Part shown: positions 19,206 to 29,049 of the stretch, piece by piece
How the letters are laid out: every line of letters starts with the position of its first letter
Position numbering within the stretch: position 1 is the stretch's first letter
DNA from: an uncultured Thermoplasmatales archaeon
GTDB lineage: Archaea > Thermoplasmatota > E2 > DHVEG-1
Direction: 5' to 3'
Assembly (NCBI GenBank): GCA_964578185.1
Contig: CAZOBL010000001.1
Span: 721 to 64,720 of the forward strand
DNA: 64,000 nucleotides
Notes under the pieces: generated by a model
The model's database searches: none
The model's input: only the letters and a program-made list of their open reading frames with translations
Told to the model about the DNA's origin: nothing
Translations under genes and position numbers: made by a program

Positions 19206-20927
19206 TTATTTATGAGTAAAATATGCTTTAATTTCCCCATTTATTTCTTTTTCAAGTCTCACAAAACCAAATCTTTCAAATTGAATAATTTCACCATCTT
19301 TAGTATTTTTTAAAGAAGGTTCTGCATAACCTTGAATTTCTTCCAAACTATCATGATTAAATTCATTATTTTTAAACACTGGATGTGGCACAAAAACACT
19401 CATCTTGATAAAATATTCAGGTGTCCATTGAATTTTTAATGAGTCCGATATTAAATCTTCTCCAAAATATTCGCCTTTTACTTCATTATTTTTACTAAGA
19501 ACTTTAATATTGTAGAGATCTTTTAATCTAAAAACTTCATTTTCTTTAAGGTTTTCAACGTCGTTTTTTGCAATATAAAAAAAGTTTTTTGTTTTAACTG
19601 TTCGACTACCCATTTTTTTATCTGTAGGATGATAAAAAATTTTCTTTTCTTTTAGTGGCGCGTTTTTAACATTTAATTTTACTGGATTTGGTACAAAATA
19701 AAATCTTCGAGCTTTAGAATCTATTACTTTCCGATTCTCAGATTCTAAAATACTGAAATCAACAGTAGACTCAACCTTTGAAATACCCTGAGATAAAACA
19801 AAGTTTTTAATTGCCTCTGGCACAATACCACGTCTACGCAATCCTCTAAGAGTAGGGAGTCTTACATCATCAAAACCCGATACAAGTCCTTTATCAATCA
19901 ATGGTTTAATTTTTCTTTTTGAAACAGGCATATCTTTGACGTTTAATCTTGCAAATTCCATAAGATGAGGTTTACGTAAATTGAGTAAATCTAAAAGCTT
20001 AAAATAAACTTCATCACGTAACTCATATTCTTTAGTTCTAAATGGATGAGTAACCCCTGAAAGACTGTCTTCTATTGCACCTGCAAAATCATATGTTGGC
20101 CATACACGATATTTATTACCCTGCAGTGGATGGGTTTTTTCGATTATTCTAAAAAGAGTAGGATCACGCATAGCTGTATTATCACAGCACATGTCACCTT
20201 TTAAACGCAGAACAGCATCATCCAATGAGCCGCCCAACATTTTCACCCATTGATCCATGTTATTTTTACATTCACGATGTCGACAATCACATTCTGTACT
20301 GTTATATCTGCATTCATGGATTTTGTCTGACTCGCAAGTACAAACATAGGCATCACCCTGCTTTATGAGTTGTTCAGCTAGCTTGTAGTGTTTATCTATA
20401 TTATCTGATGTATGATATTCATCATCCCAAGAAATACCTAGCCATTCGAGGTCTTTTTTTTGCTCGTTATAGAATTCTTCAATAGCATTTTCTGGGTTAG
20501 TATCATCAAAACGAAGGATGAATTTTCCGTCATACATTTTTGCATATTCAAAGTCAACAATAGATGCTTTAGCATGACCTATATGCAAATAACCATTTGG
20601 TTCCGGGGGGAAACGAGTAACAACTTTTCCTTTTTCTGCCTTAGGAAGATCGGGTAAACTACGAGATTTATCTTTTTTTTCTCTTTCGAGAAGATCAGGT
20701 GCGATATTTTCTAGAATACTAAGTTGTTCTTCTTGTTTTTTATCGTTAACCTCCCGTATAACATCTTTTACTATTGGAATTATTTCTTTAGGAGAAAAAC
20801 CCTGTTTTTTAAGCTCTCCAATAGTTTTTCCAATTACCGCTTTTATATCTGCTTTGCCATTGAATTGTACAGCATTATGTAAAGCATGTTTCATAGCCGT
20901 GCTACGAATAATGTTTTCCGATGACAT
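19206..20927 (-). CDS. gltX: Glutamyl-tRNA synthetase, archaeal class I Glx-RS
   Basis: 573 aa with the HIGH motif PEPNGYLHIGHAK, DDTNPE and an archaeal-type Cys-rich insertion (CTCESDKIHECRY...CDCRHREC). Confidence 0.85.
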   Translation of the reverse strand: MSSENIIRSTAMKHALHNAVQFNGKADIKAVIGKTIGELKKQGFSPKEIIPIVKDVIREVNDKKQEEQLSILENIAPDLLEREKKDKSRSLPDLPKAEKGKVVTRFPPEPNGYLHIGHAKASIVDFEYAKMYDGKFILRFDDTNPENAIEEFYNEQKKDLEWLGISWDDEYHTSDNIDKHYKLAEQLIKQGDAYVCTCESDKIHECRYNSTECDCRHRECKNNMDQWVKMLGGSLDDAVLRLKGDMCCDNTAMRDPTLFRIIEKTHPLQGNKYRVWPTYDFAGAIEDSLSGVTHPFRTKEYELRDEVYFKLLDLLNLRKPHLMEFARLNVKDMPVSKRKIKPLIDKGLVSGFDDVRLPTLRGLRRRGIVPEAIKNFVLSQGISKVESTVDFSILESENRKVIDSKARRFYFVPNPVKLNVKNAPLKEKKIFYHPTDKKMGSRTVKTKNFFYIAKNDVENLKENEVFRLKDLYNIKVLSKNNEVKGEYFGEDLISDSLKIQWTPEYFIKMSVFVPHPVFKNNEFNHDSLEEIQGYAEPSLKNTKDGEIIQFERFGFVRLEKEINGEIKAYFTHK

Positions 20928-20933
20928 ATTATA

Positions 20934-21917
20934 TTATTTCTCTCTTTTTATTGAATAATCTGCAAGCATTAAAAGAATTTTTTTTGCATCACTTTCTTTT
21001 AAAACATCTAATGATTTCTTCGCTTGTTCACTATAGTGTACCGCTTTTTTCCGGGCATAATCTACTGAACCGACCTCATTGAAAACACTATATACTCTTT
21101 TTATTTCATCATCAGTTGCATCACTATTTCCAAAAAAATCATTTAAAACCTTTTTATTTTCATCCTCTGCATTATTAAGAGCATGAACTGCAATTAAAGT
21201 TTTTTTACCGTTTCTTATATCATTTCCAATATCTTTACCAAGAGTTTCAACATCACTGCTGAGGTCAAGATAATCATCATGAATTTGAAAAGCAAGACCT
21301 AAATTTTTACCATAGTTATTCAAAGCATTGGTCTCATCTTTAGAACCATCCCCCAGTATTCCGCCAGATTCAGCTGCATATTGAAAAAAAACAGCTGTTT
21401 TTTTAAGTATCATCTCCAAATATTCTTCTTCCCCAACATCATGTCTTTTCTCAAAATCCATGTCTAGTTGTTGACCTTCACATATCTCACGTATACAGTC
21501 AATAAGACCGTATTCAACATTTTTAAAAACTTTACAATCGATAGGAGTTGAATGAAATACTTCAAAAGCTTTTGTAAAAAGTAAATCACCAGCAATTATT
21601 GCCGTTGGCTCACTATATTTAATGTGCACAGATGGTTTATTTCTTCTAATTTTCGATTTATCCATGATATCATCATGGACTAAAGTGAAATTATGAATAA
21701 GCTCAATTGATACTGAAAGAGGAATTACATTTCCAATATTACCTTCAACAGATTCACAGGAAATCATAGCCATGACTGGTCTGAGTCTTTTACCCCCAGC
21801 AAATGGTAGATGACAAGCCGCGTCATATAACGTCTCAGGTTTTTTTTGTTTTAGATATTTACCCATTTGAGTGTTAAAGAAATCAGCACGTTTTTTGATT
21901 TCTGTTTTTAAATCCAT
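20934..21917 (-). CDS. idsA: Geranylgeranyl diphosphate synthase (short-chain trans-prenyltransferase)
   Basis: 327 aa with the FARM motif LVHDDIMD and the second Asp-rich motif FQIHDDYLD. Confidence 0.85.
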   Translation of the reverse strand: MDLKTEIKKRADFFNTQMGKYLKQKKPETLYDAACHLPFAGGKRLRPVMAMISCESVEGNIGNVIPLSVSIELIHNFTLVHDDIMDKSKIRRNKPSVHIKYSEPTAIIAGDLLFTKAFEVFHSTPIDCKVFKNVEYGLIDCIREICEGQQLDMDFEKRHDVGEEEYLEMILKKTAVFFQYAAESGGILGDGSKDETNALNNYGKNLGLAFQIHDDYLDLSSDVETLGKDIGNDIRNGKKTLIAVHALNNAEDENKKVLNDFFGNSDATDDEIKRVYSVFNEVGSVDYARKKAVHYSEQAKKSLDVLKESDAKKILLMLADYSIKREK

Positions 21918-22948
21918 AACTCAACCTCAGATTCTTTTAGTTGTTCAACGTTTTCAGCCCCTACTAGAAACATAGCTGCTCTTAACTCTTTAATAAATGC
22001 ATCTACTTCAAAAAAAGTTGATTTTTCATCCTTGTATGCTGGTTTTAAAAATGCATGGGCTACCCCTACTGCATCAGCACCCAAAGCTATTGCTTTAGCA
22101 GCATCCAAACCATGTCTTATGCCACCTGTTCCAATAATTGGTATTTTCCAGTTAACTGCCTCCCCTACATCCATTATTGATGTTGGTGTGGGAATTCCCC
22201 AATCCCAAAATGTTTTTCCACCCCTTTTATGAAGATCGTCGTTGATGAGCGCCGCGCGGTAATGTTCAATAGCAGCAAAGGATGTACCCCCCAGACCACC
22301 GACATCTATACCAGCAATTTTTGTTTTTTTAAGTCTATTTGCAACATTAGAAGATATACCTGCTCCTGATTCTTTTACGATAACGGGAGTGTCTAGGTCT
22401 TCTGCAATTTTTTTAATTGCATCTAAGCAACCTTTTGCATGTGCTTCACCTTCGAATTGTACAACTTCTTGTAAAAAGTTAAGACATACTGCAAAAACAT
22501 CTGCATCAATCATTTCTATCATTTCATTTGCATATTCAAGTGTTTTTTTATGCCCCCATAAAACAAGCTGTGATGCTCCAATATTTGCAAAACGCAGTGG
22601 AATATCAAAATCCTTAATAATTGAATAAGTTTCTTTAAGACCGGGATTTTCAATAGCGGATCTCTGAGACCCTACACCTAGGCCAATCTGAAATTTTTCA
22701 GCGGCTTTTGCAAGATTCTCATTAATAGATTTGGCTTTATTGTAACCGCCCGTCATCCCCGCGATAATAACAGGTGCATTAAGATTTTTACCAAATAATT
22801 CTTTCTTTAAATCTACTTCTTCTTTATTTAACTCAGGGAGAGCATTATGTACTAGTTTTACATCCTCCCAGAAATTATAGTGAGATGAAATATCTTTCTC
22901 AAGGGCAATATGAATATGTTCATTTTTTCTATTTACCGTCTGATTCAT
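21908..22948 (-). CDS. fni: Isopentenyl-diphosphate delta-isomerase, type 2 (FMN-dependent)
   Basis: 346 aa with an IDI-2 N-terminus (RKNEHI...) and a TIM-barrel FMN-binding pattern (VIIAGMTGG, GTGGIR.G.D). The stop overlaps the idsA start by 10 nt. Confidence 0.85.
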   Translation of the reverse strand: MNQTVNRKNEHIHIALEKDISSHYNFWEDVKLVHNALPELNKEEVDLKKELFGKNLNAPVIIAGMTGGYNKAKSINENLAKAAEKFQIGLGVGSQRSAIENPGLKETYSIIKDFDIPLRFANIGASQLVLWGHKKTLEYANEMIEMIDADVFAVCLNFLQEVVQFEGEAHAKGCLDAIKKIAEDLDTPVIVKESGAGISSNVANRLKKTKIAGIDVGGLGGTSFAAIEHYRAALINDDLHKRGGKTFWDWGIPTPTSIMDVGEAVNWKIPIIGTGGIRHGLDAAKAIALGADAVGVAHAFLKPAYKDEKSTFFEVDAFIKELRAAMFLVGAENVEQLKESEVELWI

Positions 22949-23728
22949 TTAATTATCTCCTTGTATGATTGTGCATTTAGTTTTTTTATCTTTTAAAATC
23001 TTTTTAAGTCTATCAGCTTTTTTACCATTAAATAAAACTGTATCGACGCCATTATTTGTGATATTTTTAATCGTATTGATTTTTCCTTGCATACCGCCTG
23101 TAACATCTGAGTGATTGTCTAAAGATGTCCTAAGTTTTATTAGTTCTTTAGAAGTTATTGAATTGATAAACTCTGCATTTTTATTAATTTTTGGGTTTGA
23201 ACTATAAATACCATCTTCGTCAATAGCAAAAATAACTTTTTTAGGTTTGAAATAAGCAGATAAGGCTTCAATTAATAGATCTCCCGAACATATTGAAAAA
23301 CCTAGTTTTTTATCAAGGACTACATCTCCAAAAGTAACAGGTGTGAAACTTTTATTTAGGAATTTTTTAAAGATTTTTTTACTGAATTTTTCGATTTTAT
23401 GGTTATTAAGCTCAATTATAGAATGAGGTGATATTGAAATTGCAGGAATTTTTTGATTATGTAAACAGTTTAATACTAATGTATTTAATTTTTGTACGCT
23501 GTAATGTGTTTTTGCAAAACCTTCTATTTGAGAATTTGTTTTAAAACCTTGATTTAGATTGTATTTTTCCGCCAGTATATGACCAAAAGAACCTGCACCA
23601 TGTACCAGGATTAAATCTTCGTTGATTTCTTTTATTATTGATGATAAATTCTCAACTATATTTTTTTTAAATGTTTGTTTTTTTGATTTGTCTGTAATGA
23701 CGCTACCGCCGATTTTTAAAATGTACAT
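22949..23728 (-). CDS. Isopentenyl phosphate kinase (amino-acid-kinase fold)
   Basis: 259 aa with ILKIGGSVITDK and VHGAGSFGH motifs. It lies immediately upstream of fni with no gap, in the archaeal alternative mevalonate pathway context. Confidence 0.8.
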   Translation of the reverse strand: MYILKIGGSVITDKSKKQTFKKNIVENLSSIIKEINEDLILVHGAGSFGHILAEKYNLNQGFKTNSQIEGFAKTHYSVQKLNTLVLNCLHNQKIPAISISPHSIIELNNHKIEKFSKKIFKKFLNKSFTPVTFGDVVLDKKLGFSICSGDLLIEALSAYFKPKKVIFAIDEDGIYSSNPKINKNAEFINSITSKELIKLRTSLDNHSDVTGGMQGKINTIKNITNNGVDTVLFNGKKADRLKKILKDKKTKCTIIQGDN

Positions 23729-23786
23729 AATTATCTAAATGTATTTTTTTCTAAAAAGGATTGTCATGGTATTTTTTAAAAATTTT

Positions 23787-24026
23787 TTATCTCTTGATTG
23801 TCATCATTGTCTTGTCTTTATTTTGTTCATGTATTAACCATAAGGCGATTGGCATTCCACAACCAGGTTCTTTCATAATTGTTTTTGAAATATTTTCCAA
23901 ATCTTGTTGTGAATGTTCTTCACGACAATTTTCGCATATGAAATGTTTATCATCATAAACTAGACCTGATGGATTTTCATCTAGAGAAAACATTTTGCTA
24001 CATAACAGACAAGTTCTATCAGACAT
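23787..24026 (-). CDS. Small C4 Zn-ribbon protein
   Basis: CLLCSK...CENCREE. The likely start is the internal MSDRT (ATG rc of 24024-24026). The ORF track extends it to 24086. Confidence 0.45.
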   Translation of the reverse strand: MSDRTCLLCSKMFSLDENPSGLVYDDKHFICENCREEHSQQDLENISKTIMKEPGCGMPIALWLIHEQNKDKTMMTIKR

Positions 24027-24278
24027 TTTGGAACCATCTCTCCATATAAATTTTAAAGATTTACAGTAATGATATCTTTGATACATTATTTAAAATAAAC
24101 CTTTGTACTTCACTACATATTTAGAAGATATAGGAGAGTTTAATAAAACAAAGTTTATTACTAAAAAAATAATAATACAAAAATTCATATTCCGTGAGGA
24201 GGGAGAAAAATAACAAGTATTGAACAATCTGTTGGAATAGCTAGCCTTGGTGGTAAACCAAAGATAGCATATTTTTCT

Positions 24279-25904
24279 ATGGAAATTGGAATTGATGAAA
24301 ATATTCCAACATACAGCGGTGGTCTTGGAATTCTAGCAGGAGATACAATAAAATCTTGTGCAGATTTAAATGTACCTTTAATTGGCGTTACACTTCTTTC
24401 TGAAAAAGGTTATTTTTATCAAAAATTAGATGAAAATGGGAATCAGATTGAACTTCCAATGGAATTTGCAGTTGACAATTTTCTGCAACTTCTACCAGGT
24501 TTTACATCTGTAAATATTGAAGGTAGAGAAGTTAAGATACGTGCATGGTACTATATATACAAAGGAACTGGTGGATTTAACATTCCGATATTCTTCCTAG
24601 ATACAAATATTGAAGATAATGACCAATGGGACCGAGAACTTACTAAGTATCTATATGGTGGAGATAACAAATATCGATTAGCTCAAGAAATCATTCTAGG
24701 CATAGGTGGTGTTAAAATGCTTCAGACACTAGGATATACTACAATTGACAAGTATCATATGAATGAAGGGCATGCAGCACTTGGTACATTAGAGCTTTAT
24801 AGCCGTTTTGAAAACGTTGAAAAGGTGCGGGAACAATGTGTTTTTACAACACACACACCAGTTGCAGCAGGTCATGATCAATTTGATATTGCAATGGCAA
24901 AAAACATGTTAGGAGATATTCTGCCAGAAAAAATGGTAGAGGATATAACCTTTGAAAATAAATTAAATATGACGAGACTTGCTCTGTTTTTCAGCCATTA
25001 TGTAAATGGTGTTGCAAAAAAACATGGGGAAGTTTCACGAATAATGTTTCCAGGTTATAGCATTGACTCAATAACAAATGGAGTGCATTCACCAACATGG
25101 GTATGCAAACCTTTTCAGAAGCTTTTTGATAAACATATGCCCGGTTGGCGTTCTGACCCATACATTTTACGATCAGCATTCAGTATAGACAAACAAGAGA
25201 TTTGGGATGTTCACATGCAAGCAAAACAAGAGCTTATAAATTTTGTAAATAAAAGAAACAATTCGGGAATGAACTATGATGATTTTACAATAGGATTTGC
25301 ACGACGTCAAACAGCATATAAGAGACCAGATCTATTAATTTCTGATCCTGAGAGATTACATGAAATTGCAGCAAAAGCAGGCCCAATTCAGATAATATAT
25401 GCTGGAAAAGCCCATCCGAAAGATGGGAGTGGTAAAGAAAGTATTAAAAAAATATATGATGTAATGAAAAATACTAACGAGAAAATAAATATTACATTTT
25501 TACAAAACTATGATATGACAATCGGTAAACTTATGACCTCTGGAGTTGACGTATGGCTCAATACACCCCGTCGTCCAAAAGAAGCTTCTGGAACTAGCGG
25601 TATGAAAGCAGCACATAATGGAGTACCGCAGTTTGGGACAATGGATGGTTGGTGGTTAGAGGGCTATATAGAAAATATTACTGGTTGGAGTATAGGACCT
25701 GAAAAAACAGAGGAAGAAGCATCAGATGATGAAATCGATCGATTTGATTTATATGATAAACTAGAAAACTGGATTATGCCTAAATTTTATAACGATCGGG
25801 ATAATTGGATACGTACAATGAGAAGTTGTATTGCAATAAATGCATCTTTTTTTAATACAAACCGTATGATTCAACAATATGTTTTAAACGCTTATTTCAT
25901 GTAA
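24279..25904 (+). CDS. glgP: Alpha-glucan (glycogen/maltodextrin) phosphorylase, GT35 short form
   Basis: 541 aa beginning MEIG..PTYSGGLGILAGD, which corresponds to the conserved (K)IAYFSMEFG...SGGLG.LAGD N-terminus. A PLP-lysine region is present. The true start may lie a few codons upstream (see findings). Confidence 0.8.
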   Translation: MEIGIDENIPTYSGGLGILAGDTIKSCADLNVPLIGVTLLSEKGYFYQKLDENGNQIELPMEFAVDNFLQLLPGFTSVNIEGREVKIRAWYYIYKGTGGFNIPIFFLDTNIEDNDQWDRELTKYLYGGDNKYRLAQEIILGIGGVKMLQTLGYTTIDKYHMNEGHAALGTLELYSRFENVEKVREQCVFTTHTPVAAGHDQFDIAMAKNMLGDILPEKMVEDITFENKLNMTRLALFFSHYVNGVAKKHGEVSRIMFPGYSIDSITNGVHSPTWVCKPFQKLFDKHMPGWRSDPYILRSAFSIDKQEIWDVHMQAKQELINFVNKRNNSGMNYDDFTIGFARRQTAYKRPDLLISDPERLHEIAAKAGPIQIIYAGKAHPKDGSGKESIKKIYDVMKNTNEKINITFLQNYDMTIGKLMTSGVDVWLNTPRRPKEASGTSGMKAAHNGVPQFGTMDGWWLEGYIENITGWSIGPEKTEEEASDDEIDRFDLYDKLENWIMPKFYNDRDNWIRTMRSCIAINASFFNTNRMIQQYVLNAYFM

Positions 25905-27749
25905 AACAAAGTTTTTTTCATATTTTGGACGGATTTTTTCAATATCTTCAACCCAACAACGCAGAATTTCTGATACACTCCAAGCCTGATTTATGCATCC
26001 ACGTGGAATATAAACAGGTTCACCGTCAAATATCTCAGGGATTGAGCCATCCCATTGCTCACCAAAAACATCAAACATAGGAGCCAAAAAATTCTCGTAT
26101 GCATATTTTCTTGATTTTTCTTCAAAGTTTCTAATTTTGACAAAAGATTTTACAAAAGGACCCATAAGCCAGGGCCAAACAGTACCATTATGATATGCAA
26201 AATCTCTATCATAATTACCAATATAATGTCCTTTATAATCTGGATGATCTGCCGATAAAGTTCTAACACCGAAAACTGTTAAAAGTTTATCTTGAACTTC
26301 TTTGACTATTATCTTTTGCAGGTTTAAATCAATCATTGTATGATCTAATGAAACCAGAAAAATCATATTTGGTCTAACAGAATTGTCTTTTGTATCTACA
26401 ACATCATATAAAGCATCATATTGCCTGTTAAAACTATCTTTAACATTTGAGGCTAAATCTTGATATTTATCTTGTTTTTTAAGGATTTGAGATAAATCAC
26501 TCATTATGCAAAGCGCATTATACCATAGTGCTTGTATCTCCACTGCTTTATGTGACCTTGGTGTTGGATAAAAATCGCCAAGTTTGACATCCATCCAAGT
26601 AAGACCTGGACCATGACTTATAAGATAATCCTCATCCATATGAATATCGTATTCGGTACCATTTTTATATCCTTCAATTATGGAATCAAGTACTCTCCAG
26701 ATTTGTTTTAAAAACTTTTTATCATTTGTATATTTAAGGTACTGATAAACACGGTCTATAAACCATAAAGAAGCATCAACTGTATTATATACCGCCTTTG
26801 AATCACGCTCCATAAAGGCATTGGGTATAAGACCATTTTTGCAATATCCGGCAAAATTTCTTAGGATTTTTTCTGCATCTTTAAAACGTTTTGTCACTAG
26901 AGTTAAACCAGGTAGTGAAATAAATGCATCTCGACCCCAATCTCCAAACCAGTGATATCCTGCTATAATGGTTTTACTATCTGCTTTATTTACAATAAAA
27001 TCGTCTGCTGAAAGAATAAGTTTATTAAAATAGTTGTTAAGACCTGTTTTTTTAATCATGTTTTTTTTATGTTGTTTTTCTTTTTTGTAAATTTTAGACG
27101 GGTATTCTATATATTCATTTTCAAGAGTCGCAAAAATGTAATATTCTGTGTTTTTAGTGATTTTTTTTGTAAAATTTCCAATTATTGCATTGTTATCAAT
27201 CCACGAGTCTTGTCTTTCATGATCTTTTTCATAGTAAAGCTCCTGCCAGTAAAATGAAGGATTATAATTTGAATTTGAAACAAGGATTTTTAATTTATTT
27301 TCTATGTTTTTTGGTCTTACACATACCCAATCTTTAAATGAATCTTGTATAAAATCTAAATTTCGTGTTTTGTTAACATCATATAGATGTCTGAAGTTAA
27401 CCATTGGTGTATGGGTTATAGTGAAAGGTTGCTTAGTTTTAATATCGTATTTTACAAATATCGTGTTTTTACCATGTGGCATAAAAAAGGTTTTTTTTAT
27501 TTTTAGACCAAGGAAATCATATTGAAATCGTGGGAAATAATCAAAACTAAATTTGTTTTTTATTTGTGTTAAATCCAGCGTCCTATTATTTAACTTAATT
27601 TTATCCAAAATATTTGAAAGAAAAACATATCTTTCAGTTGGAGGGTTAAGACTACTTATCAAAAGACCGTGATATTTTCTAGTGTTTGTATTTCTATGTG
27701 TTAAAGAGGCATAACCACCAAGACCATTTGTTATAATCCATTCTCTCAT
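25884..27749 (-). CDS. Glycogen debranching enzyme, archaeal type (amylo-alpha-1,6-glucosidase, GDE_C domain)
   Basis: 621 aa. The N-terminus REWIITNGLGGYAS is characteristic, and GHWFGDWGRD-like segments are present. The 3' end overlaps glgP convergently by 21 nt. Confidence 0.8.
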   Translation of the reverse strand: MREWIITNGLGGYASLTHRNTNTRKYHGLLISSLNPPTERYVFLSNILDKIKLNNRTLDLTQIKNKFSFDYFPRFQYDFLGLKIKKTFFMPHGKNTIFVKYDIKTKQPFTITHTPMVNFRHLYDVNKTRNLDFIQDSFKDWVCVRPKNIENKLKILVSNSNYNPSFYWQELYYEKDHERQDSWIDNNAIIGNFTKKITKNTEYYIFATLENEYIEYPSKIYKKEKQHKKNMIKKTGLNNYFNKLILSADDFIVNKADSKTIIAGYHWFGDWGRDAFISLPGLTLVTKRFKDAEKILRNFAGYCKNGLIPNAFMERDSKAVYNTVDASLWFIDRVYQYLKYTNDKKFLKQIWRVLDSIIEGYKNGTEYDIHMDEDYLISHGPGLTWMDVKLGDFYPTPRSHKAVEIQALWYNALCIMSDLSQILKKQDKYQDLASNVKDSFNRQYDALYDVVDTKDNSVRPNMIFLVSLDHTMIDLNLQKIIVKEVQDKLLTVFGVRTLSADHPDYKGHYIGNYDRDFAYHNGTVWPWLMGPFVKSFVKIRNFEEKSRKYAYENFLAPMFDVFGEQWDGSIPEIFDGEPVYIPRGCINQAWSVSEILRCWVEDIEKIRPKYEKNFVLHEISV

Positions 27750-28987
27750 ATGAATTCCTTATATATATCTAGAGTTCTTTTAGCTACTTTTTCCCATGAA
27801 AAATTCTTAAGTACTCTTTTTCTAGCATTTTCTGCTATTCTATCAGCATTTTTTCTATCTGAAAGTATTTGTTTAACACCCCACGCTATATCAGATGGAT
27901 TTGAGCCATTAACATGAACTCCTGATTGCTGTTCACCTTCAGGGATAATTTGTTCTCTAAAACCATTTGTACCACGTGCTCCGACAACTGTTGGTTTTGC
28001 CATACTCATTGCCTCAGTACAGACAATTCCAAAAGGCTCATATATTGAGGGTAGAACTACACAATCAGATGCAGCATAATGTTTAATTCTTTCAGTTTCA
28101 GTTATAAACTCTGTTCTAAATATTACATTTTTTGATAGATCATGTTTTTCTACTAGTTCTCTGAGCTGGTTTTCTATACCTCCAACACCTAATATCACCA
28201 GTTTTACATCTGGGAATTCATCTAATATTTTAGGCATAGCTTTTATTAAATGGTCAACCCCTTTGACAGTCACTAATCTGCCTACAAAAAAAAGCATTAT
28301 TTCATTATCTAAAATTCCGTATTTTTTTCTTATTTGTTTTTTCTCCTCAACTGAAATTTTTTCGGGGTCATATTTATCTGGATCAACTCCATTCCAGCAA
28401 ACTCGTATTTTATCCTCAGGGTATCCAAGTTTTTCTAGCTCATCTTTCATAGCATATGAAACTGTTATTATACAATCAGCTCTTTGTCCACCTTGGAATT
28501 CTATTTCTTTAATGTTATGTGAACCACTACCTATGGAGCGTCCAACTTCTGTTGAATGAATATGAAAAAATAATGGTATGCTAAGTTCTTTTTTAACAAC
28601 AAGACCGCCTAAGACGCCTAGCCAGTCATGTGCATCGATTAAATCAAACTTTTTATTTTGGTTTTTAACAAGTTCATTTACTAAAAAATTTGCAGATACC
28701 AAATTGTATCCAGCTACATCTGAAAAAAAACTGAAATTGTCACCCCAAGCCCGTAACTCATAATCTGCAAAAAGTTTAAAACTGGAGCTAAAATCAACGG
28801 TTTTAGGTCTGTAAACATCTATACCATTCATTTTTTGATAAACTTCAAGTTGATTTTGATGGTTTATAGTAAAAACAGATATGTCATTTTTAAAACTTTT
28901 TTGTTTTAAAGTTAGCTCAAGGGCAAAAGTACCTAAACCACCAAAGATAACTGGTGGATATTCCCAGGTAAAATGAGCTATCTTCAA
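27746..28987 (-). CDS. Glycogen synthase / GT-B glycosyltransferase (group 1)
   Basis: 413 aa. The N-terminus KIAHFTWEYPP..FGGLG is typical of archaeal glycogen synthases, and the C-terminal GT1 motif EPFGIV.TEAM is present. The stop overlaps the start of the downstream gene (ATGA). Confidence 0.75.
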   Translation of the reverse strand: MKIAHFTWEYPPVIFGGLGTFALELTLKQKSFKNDISVFTINHQNQLEVYQKMNGIDVYRPKTVDFSSSFKLFADYELRAWGDNFSFFSDVAGYNLVSANFLVNELVKNQNKKFDLIDAHDWLGVLGGLVVKKELSIPLFFHIHSTEVGRSIGSGSHNIKEIEFQGGQRADCIITVSYAMKDELEKLGYPEDKIRVCWNGVDPDKYDPEKISVEEKKQIRKKYGILDNEIMLFFVGRLVTVKGVDHLIKAMPKILDEFPDVKLVILGVGGIENQLRELVEKHDLSKNVIFRTEFITETERIKHYAASDCVVLPSIYEPFGIVCTEAMSMAKPTVVGARGTNGFREQIIPEGEQQSGVHVNGSNPSDIAWGVKQILSDRKNADRIAENARKRVLKNFSWEKVAKRTLDIYKEFI

Positions 28988-29049
28988 TCTTTCTCTCCTC
29001 TCACATTGATTGTATTGCTAAGCATTATATAAAATGTTATAAAAAAATT

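Noticed and set aside
23761-23958. Plus-strand 65-aa ORF overlapping the Zn-ribbon gene
   Set aside because: It overlaps the CxxC…CxxC ORF on the opposite strand, which has a recognisable fold signature. The plus-strand ORF is hydrophobic low-complexity.
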